A stretch of DNA of 64,000 bases from Bacilli bacterium (GTDB lineage Bacteria; Bacillota_I; Bacilli_A; ML615J-28; CAG-313), in contig JAZNQD010000009.1 in the NCBI GenBank assembly GCA_045589955.1, positions 118,814 to 182,813 of the forward strand. The letters run 5' to 3'. A program made the translations under genes and the position numbers. Positions 1 to 9,712 of the stretch are shown one piece after another; the stretch's first letter is position 1, and the number at the start of each line of letters is the position of its first letter. The notes beneath the pieces are model-generated. The model had not been told where the DNA came from, did no database searches, and was given only the letters and a program-made list of their open reading frames with translations.

Positions 1-425
1 TCTGAGCAAATGTGTCATTAGTACAATAAGGCATAAAGACAAAATTATCAACAACTTGCGGAGTATCATATACATTTACATTATTCCAATACTTAAAAGG
101 TACAATTTTATGTGCAATTTGGTTGTTAGTACCAGTGCTTAAATCATGGTTACCTACAAGTACATCTATAGGACAAACTTCTGTAATACGTCTAAAAAAC
201 TCTGTTACAGCCGTTAATACTTGACATGACATAACATCGCCAACAGGTCCCCATAAATCACCACCAAAAATTACTTTATCGATGTTGTGATTACGGTATA
301 ACTGAATTATTCTATCTGCGCACGAAATATGCTCTAATTCACGTACGCTAAAACCTTCTGGTGTAATGTGTGAAAAGCGATGAGTATGATGAAAATGTAT
401 ATCACTAAAAAACAAAATTCTCATT
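1..425 (-). CDS. SbcD/Mre11-like nuclease (T4 gp47-like), C-terminus beyond window start
   Basis: Minus-strand ORF starts at the ATG at 425..423 and reads MRILFFSDIHFHH...GGDLWGP...VGNHD, the calcineurin-like phosphoesterase motifs typical of SbcD. Its start overlaps the upstream SbcC stop (ATGA). It runs off the window at position 1. Confidence 0.8.
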
Positions 426-2283
426 GTTCAAATATCTCCGTTTTGCCCATTATTTTCTTACATATTATTTTATTTGGAATATTTTCACTTACCATCGAGT
501 TATTAGTAATCCAAAATGTACTTTCTACCTCATCACTCTTATCTTCAATTATTTCAATTAATTGTTGACAACCAAGTGGATCTAATTGAGTTTCTATTTC
601 ATCTAACCATAACAAATTAAAGCTAACTTGAGAAGTAGACTTAATTAAATCGTATAACGCTAATTGAATTGCCAAATTAAGGCGCTTTTTTTCACCACCG
701 GATAAGCTAGAAATATTTTTCTGAATACCACCACTGTTAATCAAAATATCAATCGCAGCGCCGTTTACACGCAATGTAACATCAGTATTCTTAAAGAAGC
801 GAGCAATGTATTTTTGCATACAAGAATTTAAGTACTCAACATCTTTATTTAACAAGTATGGACGTAATTCACCTTTACCACCAAGTAATTTATAAAAGTA
901 ATCAGATAATGACCGCTTCTTTTCTAAACTTTCAATAGTAACAGTTAAATTTTTAATATTAAGTGATAATTCTTGAGTTTTATTAGTATGCTCTTGAATT
1001 GTTTGTGATAACTTTTCCAACTCTTTATTATGATTATCACGTGTAGCCATTAATTTAATATTGTCTTGTGTATAACGATTAATGGTTATTCCTATTTGGT
1101 CTATCTTTTGGTTAATCGTTCTTTCTTTATCATATGCTTCTTTTTTAACCTTATCGAGACCATTTAATTCGGTACTAACCTTTGACCATTCTTGACGTTT
1201 GTTATTTATTTTTTGCTCAGTCTCAGTAATGGCTTTATTAATCTCTATTATCTGAGCTTCATATTTTTGTTTATCAGCAGTTTTTTGAGAAATGGTTTTT
1301 TCATCTCTTTCTAAAAGTCTACCACAAGTAGGACATCTATCTTCCTTGAACCACTTATCAATTATCTGAATTTCACGCTCGATATCACGTTTTTTATATT
1401 CCGAATCTCTATTAGTATTTTTTAAACTGTTAGCCTCTGTCATAATATCTTCTAATTTTTTATTTAATTCAGAAGTATCAGGGAACGTTTGATTCGCAAC
1501 AGCATTCTTTTCGAGTAATAATTGATCTTTTTCAGTTTCTAACTTTTTAATTTCACTCTGATTCATTGCAATTTGATTTTCAATGCTTTGTAAATTAAAA
1601 GTATTTTGTAAGTTAGCTAATTCGGCTTGAGTCTTATTTAACAATTGAAGGTGTGTATTTAAAGATCCTTCTAAACTACTAGCATTTAATTTAGCATCTT
1701 GAATTTCTTTATTATATTCTTTTATATCTTTATTTGCTTCGTCGCGTACCTTATCCCAAACAGAATAATCACGAATACTTTCAAGAGCTTGAATACGTTG
1801 TTGTGGAGATAATTCAGAAAAAGCAGATTTCATATCACTTGTCATCATAATGGTACTATGTAACAAATCAAATGGAATTTTAATTAATTGATTGATACGT
1901 TGTTGAGTATCTGCTATTTTATGACAAGACAAATCTTGGTTTGCAATCTCTAAAAATAAAGAGTTTCCAAGTTCGCTGTCTTTTCTGGTACGCATGATTT
2001 TGATTTCGCCTTGATTTGAATCAATATAAACTGTAACACGACAATCTTTACCAGTTTTAATATTAACCACTTCATCAGCAAGCACTTCATTTGTTAAAGC
2101 GCTACCGGTTAAACACCAATACAAAGCTGAAATCAAAGAAGATTTACCGCATCCGTTTTTAGAAGCAGGTTCGTCCATATTAATACCTTCAATACTAAAA
2201 AGCCCCGGTTTTATATCCAGGGTTATTTTAGTTTGAATACTTCTAAAGTTTTCTATTTCTAATCTTTTAACTGTAAATTGCAT
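421..2283 (-). CDS. SbcC/Rad50-like ATPase (T4 gp46-like)
   Basis: 620 aa. N-terminal Walker A (KNGCGKSS), long coiled-coil middle, CPTCGR zinc-hook-like motif, C-terminal ABC signature LSGGEKKR and Walker B LLWLDEIE. Gene order gp46 then gp47 matches T4. Confidence 0.85.
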   Translation of the reverse strand: MQFTVKRLEIENFRSIQTKITLDIKPGLFSIEGINMDEPASKNGCGKSSLISALYWCLTGSALTNEVLADEVVNIKTGKDCRVTVYIDSNQGEIKIMRTRKDSELGNSLFLEIANQDLSCHKIADTQQRINQLIKIPFDLLHSTIMMTSDMKSAFSELSPQQRIQALESIRDYSVWDKVRDEANKDIKEYNKEIQDAKLNASSLEGSLNTHLQLLNKTQAELANLQNTFNLQSIENQIAMNQSEIKKLETEKDQLLLEKNAVANQTFPDTSELNKKLEDIMTEANSLKNTNRDSEYKKRDIEREIQIIDKWFKEDRCPTCGRLLERDEKTISQKTADKQKYEAQIIEINKAITETEQKINNKRQEWSKVSTELNGLDKVKKEAYDKERTINQKIDQIGITINRYTQDNIKLMATRDNHNKELEKLSQTIQEHTNKTQELSLNIKNLTVTIESLEKKRSLSDYFYKLLGGKGELRPYLLNKDVEYLNSCMQKYIARFFKNTDVTLRVNGAAIDILINSGGIQKNISSLSGGEKKRLNLAIQLALYDLIKSTSQVSFNLLWLDEIETQLDPLGCQQLIEIIEDKSDEVESTFWITNNSMVSENIPNKIICKKIMGKTEIFEQ

Positions 2284-2343
2284 ATCAATACTCTATCTAA
2301 AATAACAATGTATTAAATAGAAGTATAATATGCAAGTTTTCTA

Positions 2344-2562
2344 CTAAAGATTATTTTCCGTTTTTTCAACTTCTACACGGTCTGGTAATTCTTCAACTTT
2401 TTCATCTACCATAATTTCAGCTCCGGCAAATAAAGTTCTGAATACATAATCACGCTCTAAACAACCGCGTATAATATTAAGAAGAGTAGTTTTACCGGCA
2501 CCTGCTGCTCCAGACACAGTAATTTTTAATTTACGATTTTTTAATTCTTCTGTATTTTCCAT
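2344..2562 (-). CDS. small P-loop protein (72 aa)
   Basis: GAAGAGKTT Walker A. SD TAGGAGA precedes the ATG. Too short for a complete kinase or ATPase. Confidence 0.4.
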   Translation of the reverse strand: MENTEELKNRKLKITVSGAAGAGKTTLLNIIRGCLERDYVFRTLFAGAEIMVDEKVEELPDRVEVEKTENNL

Positions 2563-2571
2563 AGTAATCTC

Positions 2572-3135
2572 CTAAAGTTCGCCTTTATCAACTAAATCAT
2601 ATAATTCATAGGCATTATCAACCAATTTATCAAATGTTAATGGTCTTTTAGCCGGATTTTCCTTGAATCGTCTATATTCTTCTATACAATCTAATTCAAT
2701 AGCTGTCATAAACATAGAATTAAACAATTCCATATTACGCAAAGCTTCTTTTTCAGTATCAAACACTACCCACATTTCAGTTTTATTTTTAAATTTATTT
2801 CTGGTGTGTTCAGCGTCTACTGTTGCAATATTCCAACCATATTGAGTCTTTAATTCTTTTGTAACTTCATCGACAGACATACCGGCAAAATTTTTCTTTT
2901 TCCAATTAACTCGTATCTTACATATACCATTTGGCTTACGTAAAACATCACGATCTTTATTAATCAAAGGCAAAACATTATTATAGTAATGCGTATCACC
3001 GAGTAATGTGGATTTTGTATCGACCTTAAATTTAGTTTTTTTAATAGTTTCTCTTAATTTATCAACTCTTGCTACTAATTTTTTATTTTTATCCGTGAAA
3101 GGTAGTGAAGATAATACAATGTGCATAAAATTCAT
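2572..3135 (-). CDS. hypothetical protein
   Basis: 187 aa ORF with SD AAGGAAG upstream. No motif recognised. Confidence 0.45.
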   Translation of the reverse strand: MNFMHIVLSSLPFTDKNKKLVARVDKLRETIKKTKFKVDTKSTLLGDTHYYNNVLPLINKDRDVLRKPNGICKIRVNWKKKNFAGMSVDEVTKELKTQYGWNIATVDAEHTRNKFKNKTEMWVVFDTEKEALRNMELFNSMFMTAIELDCIEEYRRFKENPAKRPLTFDKLVDNAYELYDLVDKGEL

Positions 3136-3156
3136 TGAAAGCTTCCTTATACAATG

Positions 3157-4059
3157 TTATTTATATTGTGTAAGCAAATCCCTATAACCACTACAAGACG
3201 GACCATCATAATCCAAATTTAAAAAGTAATTTGCCATACACTTTAATTTAGAAGTGCAGTTTCTACAAATTTTATCTCGCTTTTTTTCCATTTCTATAAA
3301 ATAGTTATTAATTTCGTCCAAATTATCCATCTCACGCAAAGAAAAATTATTATTTTCAAAGGTTTGTACTGCGAATTTATCATTTGGAGTCATATACAAC
3401 GTTTTAACATTATAATTATCTATATTTAAAATACCTTCTAATTGTAATTTATTTTGAAAAGCAAACTTCATTTTATGAGATAATCTTAAAAACGTTCGTA
3501 CAACTTCTTCGTATTCATCATAGCCCTTAAATTTATACCTAGTATGAATTGTTTGATGAAAAGGTACAATTTCCCAAGATTTTATTTTTAGGATATTTAA
3601 TTGCTCAATAATAGCACTCTGGTCAGTTTTACAAGATATATCTAAAGATTTTACATTTATTATTTTACCCGTATCAACAGCAGCTTTAATATTTGAAAAA
3701 ACTTGTTGTTTAAATGGACTATAATCATTAAAGTTGTATTTAACATTAATAATATCACAGTTATTGATTATGCCCTTTTTAAAATTAATAAAATTAGTTT
3801 CAACAATAATTTTTTTGCAATGTATCTTTAAAATATTATAAAGCATCTCAAAATATAAATCTGAAAGTAAAGCTATTTCACCACCAGATACTTTAATTTG
3901 AGCAATATCATATTTTCGACTGATACTTGATAAACTTTCATCTAACCAAGATAAACTCATTGTATTTTGGTTTTGTTTTTCGTGACTATATAAACAAAAA
4001 CCGCAATTTTGATTACAACGATAAAGAGGAATAAGATTTACTCTAATTTGAGGTTTCAT
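3157..4059 (-). CDS. radical SAM protein with SPASM-like C-terminal Cys cluster; paralog of 23573..24481
   Basis: CNQNCGFC (CxxxCxxC) near the N-terminus, SGGEIALL glycine motif. C-terminus CRNCTSKLKC...CSGYRDLL aligns with ...CHACKYYNKC...CSGLYNLL of the 23573 ORF. Track start at 4065 is TTG; ATG at 4059 has SD GGAGA. Confidence 0.7.
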   Translation of the reverse strand: MKPQIRVNLIPLYRCNQNCGFCLYSHEKQNQNTMSLSWLDESLSSISRKYDIAQIKVSGGEIALLSDLYFEMLYNILKIHCKKIIVETNFINFKKGIINNCDIINVKYNFNDYSPFKQQVFSNIKAAVDTGKIINVKSLDISCKTDQSAIIEQLNILKIKSWEIVPFHQTIHTRYKFKGYDEYEEVVRTFLRLSHKMKFAFQNKLQLEGILNIDNYNVKTLYMTPNDKFAVQTFENNNFSLREMDNLDEINNYFIEMEKKRDKICRNCTSKLKCMANYFLNLDYDGPSCSGYRDLLTQYK

Positions 4060-4061
4060 AT

Positions 4062-4634
4062 TCAATCTCCAAAAATCATAGTTAATTTTTTAGCCAAGTT
4101 ATCTGCTGCTTTATACGCTTTTTCGCCGAACTCTTTAGTTTTTATAATAAACAATCTAGCTTGCGGATCAGACTTATCCAAATTGATTTCATACCATATA
4201 TTCTTATCTAAGAAACGACCTAATTTCTCTACATAAGATATATTTTCAACAATGAATGATACCCACAATTCTTCTTTGCCATGTCCGCAACAACTTCCTT
4301 TTGTTGTAATCCCTGGAATTAAATTTAAACTTTTTACCAAAGAGACTACTTCCGAATCTAATTCAGTAATAGGATAGTCTATATATACATCTATACCACT
4401 AAACAAATCTACATACATAGCGGTATTAAGCATATCTATACTAGTAAGCTCTTTAACGATATGTTCTGGATTAGCTTCAACGCTATACCGAGGATTACCA
4501 TCTTCTATGAAGAATAAAGTATTATCGAAACTAATCAAGCCTTGTTTTTTAGTAGATATTATTTGACCAGCCGCAAAAACTTCACCTGTTTCACGCCAAC
4601 TTAGCTTTATCCAATCACCTTCACTATAAATCAT
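4062..4634 (-). CDS. hypothetical protein
   Basis: ORF inside the radical-SAM operon. Track start at 4664 is TTG; the first ATG (MIYSEGDW) is at 4634. Confidence 0.4.
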   Translation of the reverse strand: MIYSEGDWIKLSWRETGEVFAAGQIISTKKQGLISFDNTLFFIEDGNPRYSVEANPEHIVKELTSIDMLNTAMYVDLFSGIDVYIDYPITELDSEVVSLVKSLNLIPGITTKGSCCGHGKEELWVSFIVENISYVEKLGRFLDKNIWYEINLDKSDPQARLFIIKTKEFGEKAYKAADNLAKKLTMIFGD

Positions 4635-6237
4635 TACGTACCACCCATTTACTATTAAATACAACTCTATCCATATGTGGAGTACGTTTTAAAAAGGCTA
4701 TTGCTTGTTCTGGTGTTTCTATAATCGGCTCATTCTTACCATTAAATGATGTATTAATTAAGCAAGGAATACCAGTCGCTCTATAAAACGCCATTAAAAG
4801 TGAATATAATTCTGGATTTTGCTCTTTTTCTAAACACTGTGGTCTTGTAGTCATATCGATATGACAAACTGCACTTATTTTGCGTTGCCATTCTGGTCTA
4901 ATCTTTAAAGTACGTAGCATAAATTCTGTTAAATCTTTAGATGGTGTATCAAAAACCATATCAAATAATTCAGCCGGTACAATAGGAGCTAAAGGTCTCC
5001 AGTTTTCACGATGCTTAACATAATTGTTGATTACATACAAAGCATCTCTATCCGCCGGATTTGCTAAAATAGAACGATGACCTAAAGCACGCGGACCGAT
5101 TTCGGAACCACCTTGAAACCAACCAACTACCTTACTATTACGCAATGCTAATACCAATTCGTTTTCATCATAAGCATCTGGACTTTTTTCACAAGCTGCC
5201 AAAATTTCTTCATCAGAATACGTTTGACCGACATAAGAATTTTTTAAACGTACATTGTTAATTTTATCGCCATATTTTAAAGCAGCCGAAAAAGCGTGTC
5301 CCGCTGCAACCCCGGCATCATGTGGAGCAGGTCCAGCAAATACATTTTTAAATAATCCAGATTCTACTACTAGATTATTACCTATACAGTTTTGAATACA
5401 ACCACCTGATAAAATTAAATTTTCTTCATTAGTTAATTCTTTGGCATATTTAACTACTTCCATAAATATTTCATTATAGTTTTCTTGAATAGTAGCTGCC
5501 ATATCAATATAATATAAAATATTACATTCATCTGCTGTTCTGAGAGTATATGGATAAAAATTACGTTTTAAATAATATTGCATGTTTAAAGAAGCATCTT
5601 CATTAACAATATTCGTAAAATTAGCTATTATTTCACCATTTTCCCAACGTAAAACTCTAACAGGTGTAGGTCTACCATATGAAGATAAACCCATAAATTT
5701 ACCTTCACTAAATTCACCCAAATCCGCCATTGCAACTGAAGCACTATAATACATTTTACCAAGAGACACACCCTCTGTGTATTTCTTAAGTATTTTTATC
5801 TCATTGTCTTTACAATGTGCAATAGTAATACCATCTTTACCGTCACCGTTACCATCAACAATTACCGCAACAGCACTATCAAAACCACTTTGAAAAAACG
5901 AATCACAAACATGTCCCATGTGATGATCGTAATAATAAAATTCTGGAATTTTTTTACAATTAGGGTCAATTATATCTACCACTCGTTTCGCAAACCAATC
6001 ACGTACTCTTGCTTCATGTGGTATAGCAATTACATCGATATCATCTAACGTTAAATTATTGTCTTTTAAGATTTTTTGTACAGCTAATCGTGGAAATTGT
6101 TCACCAACAGAATGCTTTAATCTATTTAAACGCTCTTCTTCTAAATTAGCGATTAATTCCCCGTCTATTACTAGTGCTGCCGAAGCATCATGATTTTGTG
6201 GACAATCAAGACTACCGCTTATTCCTAATATTTTCAT
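4624..6237 (-). CDS. carbamoyltransferase (NodU/CmcH/TobZ family)
   Basis: N-terminus ILGISGSLDCPQNHDASAALVIDGEL...EERLNRLKH matches the NodU/CmcH N-terminal Kae1-like signature (LGIS..HDsAAAL..dG...EER..R.KH). C-terminal ENWRPLAPIV and SFNGKNEPII match the CmcH C-domain. ATG at 6237 has SD AAGGGGG; the track start at 6255 is TTG. Confidence 0.7.
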   Translation of the reverse strand: MKILGISGSLDCPQNHDASAALVIDGELIANLEEERLNRLKHSVGEQFPRLAVQKILKDNNLTLDDIDVIAIPHEARVRDWFAKRVVDIIDPNCKKIPEFYYYDHHMGHVCDSFFQSGFDSAVAVIVDGNGDGKDGITIAHCKDNEIKILKKYTEGVSLGKMYYSASVAMADLGEFSEGKFMGLSSYGRPTPVRVLRWENGEIIANFTNIVNEDASLNMQYYLKRNFYPYTLRTADECNILYYIDMAATIQENYNEIFMEVVKYAKELTNEENLILSGGCIQNCIGNNLVVESGLFKNVFAGPAPHDAGVAAGHAFSAALKYGDKINNVRLKNSYVGQTYSDEEILAACEKSPDAYDENELVLALRNSKVVGWFQGGSEIGPRALGHRSILANPADRDALYVINNYVKHRENWRPLAPIVPAELFDMVFDTPSKDLTEFMLRTLKIRPEWQRKISAVCHIDMTTRPQCLEKEQNPELYSLLMAFYRATGIPCLINTSFNGKNEPIIETPEQAIAFLKRTPHMDRVVFNSKWVVRNDL

Positions 6238-6259
6238 AATACCCCCTTTAAACAATCTT

Positions 6260-7219
6260 TTAAATATACATTTCTTGAATCATTTTTTTATCACACAACA
6301 TACACGCAGGTGAATCTGAATACGATGCATATATATCATTATGTCCGCATGGTAAATCTGTAAAAGGCTCATCTTCTTCAGACTCATGTAAGGTTTCTTT
6401 ATTACGTATAAATTTACGATTTCTTTTTGTTTCTAAATTATAATTTTTACGTACTTCTTCTGCTCGTAAATCTGTACTAATTAGCTTTTCGTATTCACCT
6501 ATACCTTCTTGCTCATAAAATTTTCTTAAAAACTTCAAAAACAATTTACGACTAGGGAAGAATGGTCCAAGCACTTTATTTATTTCAGCATTTTCTAAAT
6601 GTTGTAATCCTGTCGGTTTAACCGGATTTTTCAAAAAAATCGTTGTATGATATTTTTCTCTGAAATCTTTAAATTTGAGTTTACCATCTAAGTATTCATT
6701 TATATAAGCTTCAGTTAAAATACTAGTGGTATTAATACTAACTTCAGGATATTCAGCATGTAATTTAGCTAAATGATATTCCCAAGTTTCAAACATTTTC
6801 TCAGTGTGAAATCTTCCAAAAGTATCGTATGAAGTCAAAACCCAAACATTGGCTTTATCATCTATTCTATCTAAAGTTTCATATAAATGTTTTTGATCTC
6901 CGATTAATAAAGAAGCATTTAACCATATTTTCTTTATATATTTTTTATTAAGCATATCATTTGATACATCAATCATTTCCATGAATTTATTGTAAACAGC
7001 TTCTGTATTTAATTGTCCTTGAAAGAAGTCTCCTCCAATAAAACCTAAAACTTCATGCTCATCTGGTTTAAATTCTCTTATTTCATCAATGGCTGTTTGT
7101 AAAGATTGTAATTTTAACTTTTCAGCTGTATGTAAATTATCATTGCCCAATGTACAAAAAGTACACTTACAATTACATTCTCTCCACAATTCATATTGTA
7201 ACTGTTTACTCATTGGCAT
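6260..7219 (-). CDS. radical SAM protein, family 1 (ELW..CNxKCxFC type)
   Basis: ELWRECNCKCTFC (CxxxCxxC), FIGGDFFQGQLNTEAV glycine motif, C-terminal CGH...C..CD cluster. Paralog of the 10759, 7760 and 13542 ORFs. Confidence 0.75.
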   Translation of the reverse strand: MPMSKQLQYELWRECNCKCTFCTLGNDNLHTAEKLKLQSLQTAIDEIREFKPDEHEVLGFIGGDFFQGQLNTEAVYNKFMEMIDVSNDMLNKKYIKKIWLNASLLIGDQKHLYETLDRIDDKANVWVLTSYDTFGRFHTEKMFETWEYHLAKLHAEYPEVSINTTSILTEAYINEYLDGKLKFKDFREKYHTTIFLKNPVKPTGLQHLENAEINKVLGPFFPSRKLFLKFLRKFYEQEGIGEYEKLISTDLRAEEVRKNYNLETKRNRKFIRNKETLHESEEDEPFTDLPCGHNDIYASYSDSPACMLCDKKMIQEMYI

Positions 7220-7763
7220 CTTCTTTCAATTTAATATTTATAAAATTACCTTTTTCAAAATCTTCCGTGTACATAATGCTATCAATAGTATTTGGAACCT
7301 TTTCTTTTACAACTACGCCTAAATAATCATAAACCGTTGTACTAGCTTCTTCACGCTCAGCATTTACTACCTCTAAATAACCATTCGCATTACATTCTAA
7401 GAAAATTTCAGCAAGCTTTGTATCTTTTTTAATAATTAATTCCGACGCAGTTAAATTCTGAATAAACAAACAAATTGTATCACCATCATAACAGCATCCA
7501 CCTTTAATTATATACTTTGTAGGAATAGCCACATCTTCCTCGGTATCAGATTCACCAAAAGAAACGGCTTGTCCATATTTACCTAAATACAATTCATTTT
7601 CAATATCTAAGCGCATTTTAGTATCAAAGTAAACACCTTCTCTTGCGTTTAAATGGATATCTTGTTTGGCATATAATTGTTTTCTGCTAGAATCTTCGTC
7701 TAAGCATTCATTAGATAAATATACTAAGTCTGAATCACCAAATCTAAACATCTGATCTATCAT
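7206..7763 (-). CDS. hypothetical protein
   Basis: 185 aa. ATGA overlap with the upstream gene. No motif recognised. Confidence 0.45.
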   Translation of the reverse strand: MIDQMFRFGDSDLVYLSNECLDEDSSRKQLYAKQDIHLNAREGVYFDTKMRLDIENELYLGKYGQAVSFGESDTEEDVAIPTKYIIKGGCCYDGDTICLFIQNLTASELIIKKDTKLAEIFLECNANGYLEVVNAEREEASTTVYDYLGVVVKEKVPNTIDSIMYTEDFEKGNFINIKLKEDANE

Positions 7764-8686
7764 AAATAAGCATCCCTATCTAAATTATTTAAATCACATA
7801 ATACACACTTATCGCTGTCAGCATAGCATTTATATAAGATACTGTGTCCGCATTTTTCATTTATTACTTCTTTACCGTCAGATAATACCGGTTGAGCTGT
7901 TAAATCTGCAGTGTCTCTATCTTGTAAACCAGTATATTTAAACGTACAAGAATTTTTAGTAGATTGTAAAAAGTTATAATAGACTTCACTACAATTTGTT
8001 CTTAAATACTTCATAAATTCCAAAAAATCTACACGTTTGAAATTAAAATCTGTCAATTTAAAGCCTGTTTTTATGGGATGCGGATACAAAAATGTTAAAA
8101 TATTACCAGGGATAAATTCTTTCGTAAACTGATTTACTTCAAATTTACCTTCTTTCCAAGCATCGATTAAATATTGAGTAAGAATCATTTGAACGCCTAC
8201 TCTGTAATTATATCTTTTATGGAAATCATTAATATTATTTAAACACAATAACCTAGATTCCTCATCTTTAAAGCGATATTTTAAATCATACGAAAAGTTA
8301 ATATCTACCTTATCAATACCAACTGCATCCACAATCCTATCAACAACTCTATATAAAAACGTTGGATCATACAAACCATTGGTAACAGTTGAGTACTTAC
8401 AATATGGATTTGGGGAAACTTTTAATACTTTTTCAATAATGATATCAATTAACTCAATAAAAGAATCTTGTAATTTTTTATCAGTAATATAATAAAGCTC
8501 ACCACCAAGTAAAGATATACCGTTCGAGAATTTATCTTTAAAATCAATGTAGTTAATATTTTCTTTTATTTTATCTAATAGTACAAACTGTTTCTTTTTT
8601 GAATACGGAATTCTATCTGCACGTAAACAAAACTTACAGGCATTACAACAATTAGACCACACTGAATATTGTATCATATTAGACAT
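7760..8686 (-). CDS. radical SAM protein, family 1
   Basis: SVWSNCCNACKFC, LLGGELYY, C-terminal CGHSILYKCYADSDKCVLCD. SD GAGAG upstream. Confidence 0.75.
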   Translation of the reverse strand: MSNMIQYSVWSNCCNACKFCLRADRIPYSKKKQFVLLDKIKENINYIDFKDKFSNGISLLGGELYYITDKKLQDSFIELIDIIIEKVLKVSPNPYCKYSTVTNGLYDPTFLYRVVDRIVDAVGIDKVDINFSYDLKYRFKDEESRLLCLNNINDFHKRYNYRVGVQMILTQYLIDAWKEGKFEVNQFTKEFIPGNILTFLYPHPIKTGFKLTDFNFKRVDFLEFMKYLRTNCSEVYYNFLQSTKNSCTFKYTGLQDRDTADLTAQPVLSDGKEVINEKCGHSILYKCYADSDKCVLCDLNNLDRDAYL

Positions 8687-8688
8687 TA

Positions 8689-9711
8689 TTATTCTCTCAT
8701 TCTGTTTATAGCCAAATTCTTATTTATAATTTTTAACAATAGTTTTAAACCTTCTAAAGCCTTTTCTTTTGGGTGTCTAACAAATTCTTGATAACGAATA
8801 CGAATAAAGCCCATATAATTATCATGTTCACTCACACGAATTTTGTAACTATCAAGTTTGTCCCATTCGGCTTGTGTATATTTCATACCTTTAGTTTCAA
8901 TAGAAAAAATGTGGTCAACCGTTTGTGAATATAATCTAAACACTGAAGTATCTGCCACCAATTTACTGAAATACTGTATCATTATATTTTTAAATAGACT
9001 CATCTTATAACGATTTTGTAAAATGATATCCAAACGTCTAAGATATTCTTTGGCCCAATTATACGCTTTAATACCATAACCGTCTTCTTTAGTTATCATC
9101 ATTCCCATATCGTATTCAGGTACTAAAGAATGGGCAGTATATAAAACATAATCGTAAATTGAATAATCACGAGGTAACAAAAACATACCATGTACGTCGT
9201 CAATCATTATTTTGAAATTTACATTGTGTTCTTCTAATTCTTTTTTTAACTCAACATAAAAGTTTTGAGGTGTTATTTCACCAGTAGATAGCTGTGTACC
9301 AATAATATATACAAATACTTTTTTATAACCTTTTGTTTTTTGTACGATTTCTTTTGTCTTATATGAACGAATATCCTGTTCTGATTGTACAAATAACACA
9401 TTCTTACAATTTTCTAAGCATTTACGTACTGAACCATGCTCATATTGAGTAGAAATCACTAAGGTATCATCATCAACTTCTCTTTCAAATACTTGTTCGA
9501 TTAATGCGGTTCCACTATCATCAAATACCAAGTTTCTATCATGTATAGATACATTAGCAAATGGCATTCTGTTAAAATATTCTTGACACAAAGCCAAATA
9601 TTGCTCATCAGAAACAATTTCTGGTTCACCAGTTCTGCCTATACCTAGAAGTTCATTTTCTTCTTCACTAAACGGTTGAAAATCCAAATACCATTTAATC
9701 AATTCATCCAT
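8689..9711 (-). CDS. PLP-fold (class V aminotransferase / cysteine desulfurase-like) paralog A
   Basis: Motif string IIGTQLSTGEITP ... IMIDDVHGMF ... DYVLYTAHS resembles the fold-type-I pattern h..ETGhi.P ... hDavQs.G ... D.hs.SgHK (recalled from memory). The Schiff-base Lys position reads S. Track start is GTG at 9720; ATG at 9711 has SD GAAGGTG. Confidence 0.35.
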   Translation of the reverse strand: MDELIKWYLDFQPFSEEENELLGIGRTGEPEIVSDEQYLALCQEYFNRMPFANVSIHDRNLVFDDSGTALIEQVFEREVDDDTLVISTQYEHGSVRKCLENCKNVLFVQSEQDIRSYKTKEIVQKTKGYKKVFVYIIGTQLSTGEITPQNFYVELKKELEEHNVNFKIMIDDVHGMFLLPRDYSIYDYVLYTAHSLVPEYDMGMMITKEDGYGIKAYNWAKEYLRRLDIILQNRYKMSLFKNIMIQYFSKLVADTSVFRLYSQTVDHIFSIETKGMKYTQAEWDKLDSYKIRVSEHDNYMGFIRIRYQEFVRHPKEKALEGLKLLLKIINKNLAINRMRE

Positions 9712-9712
9712 A

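Noticed and set aside
380-568. Small antisense or overlapping ORFs from the six-frame track (for example 380..568, 2663..2845, 5815..6048, 14655..14933, 19690..20019, 33761..34063, 50592..50975)
   Set aside because: Each lies inside a longer, motif-supported ORF on the other strand or frame. They are low-complexity artefacts of AT-rich sequence and have no ribosome-binding sites.
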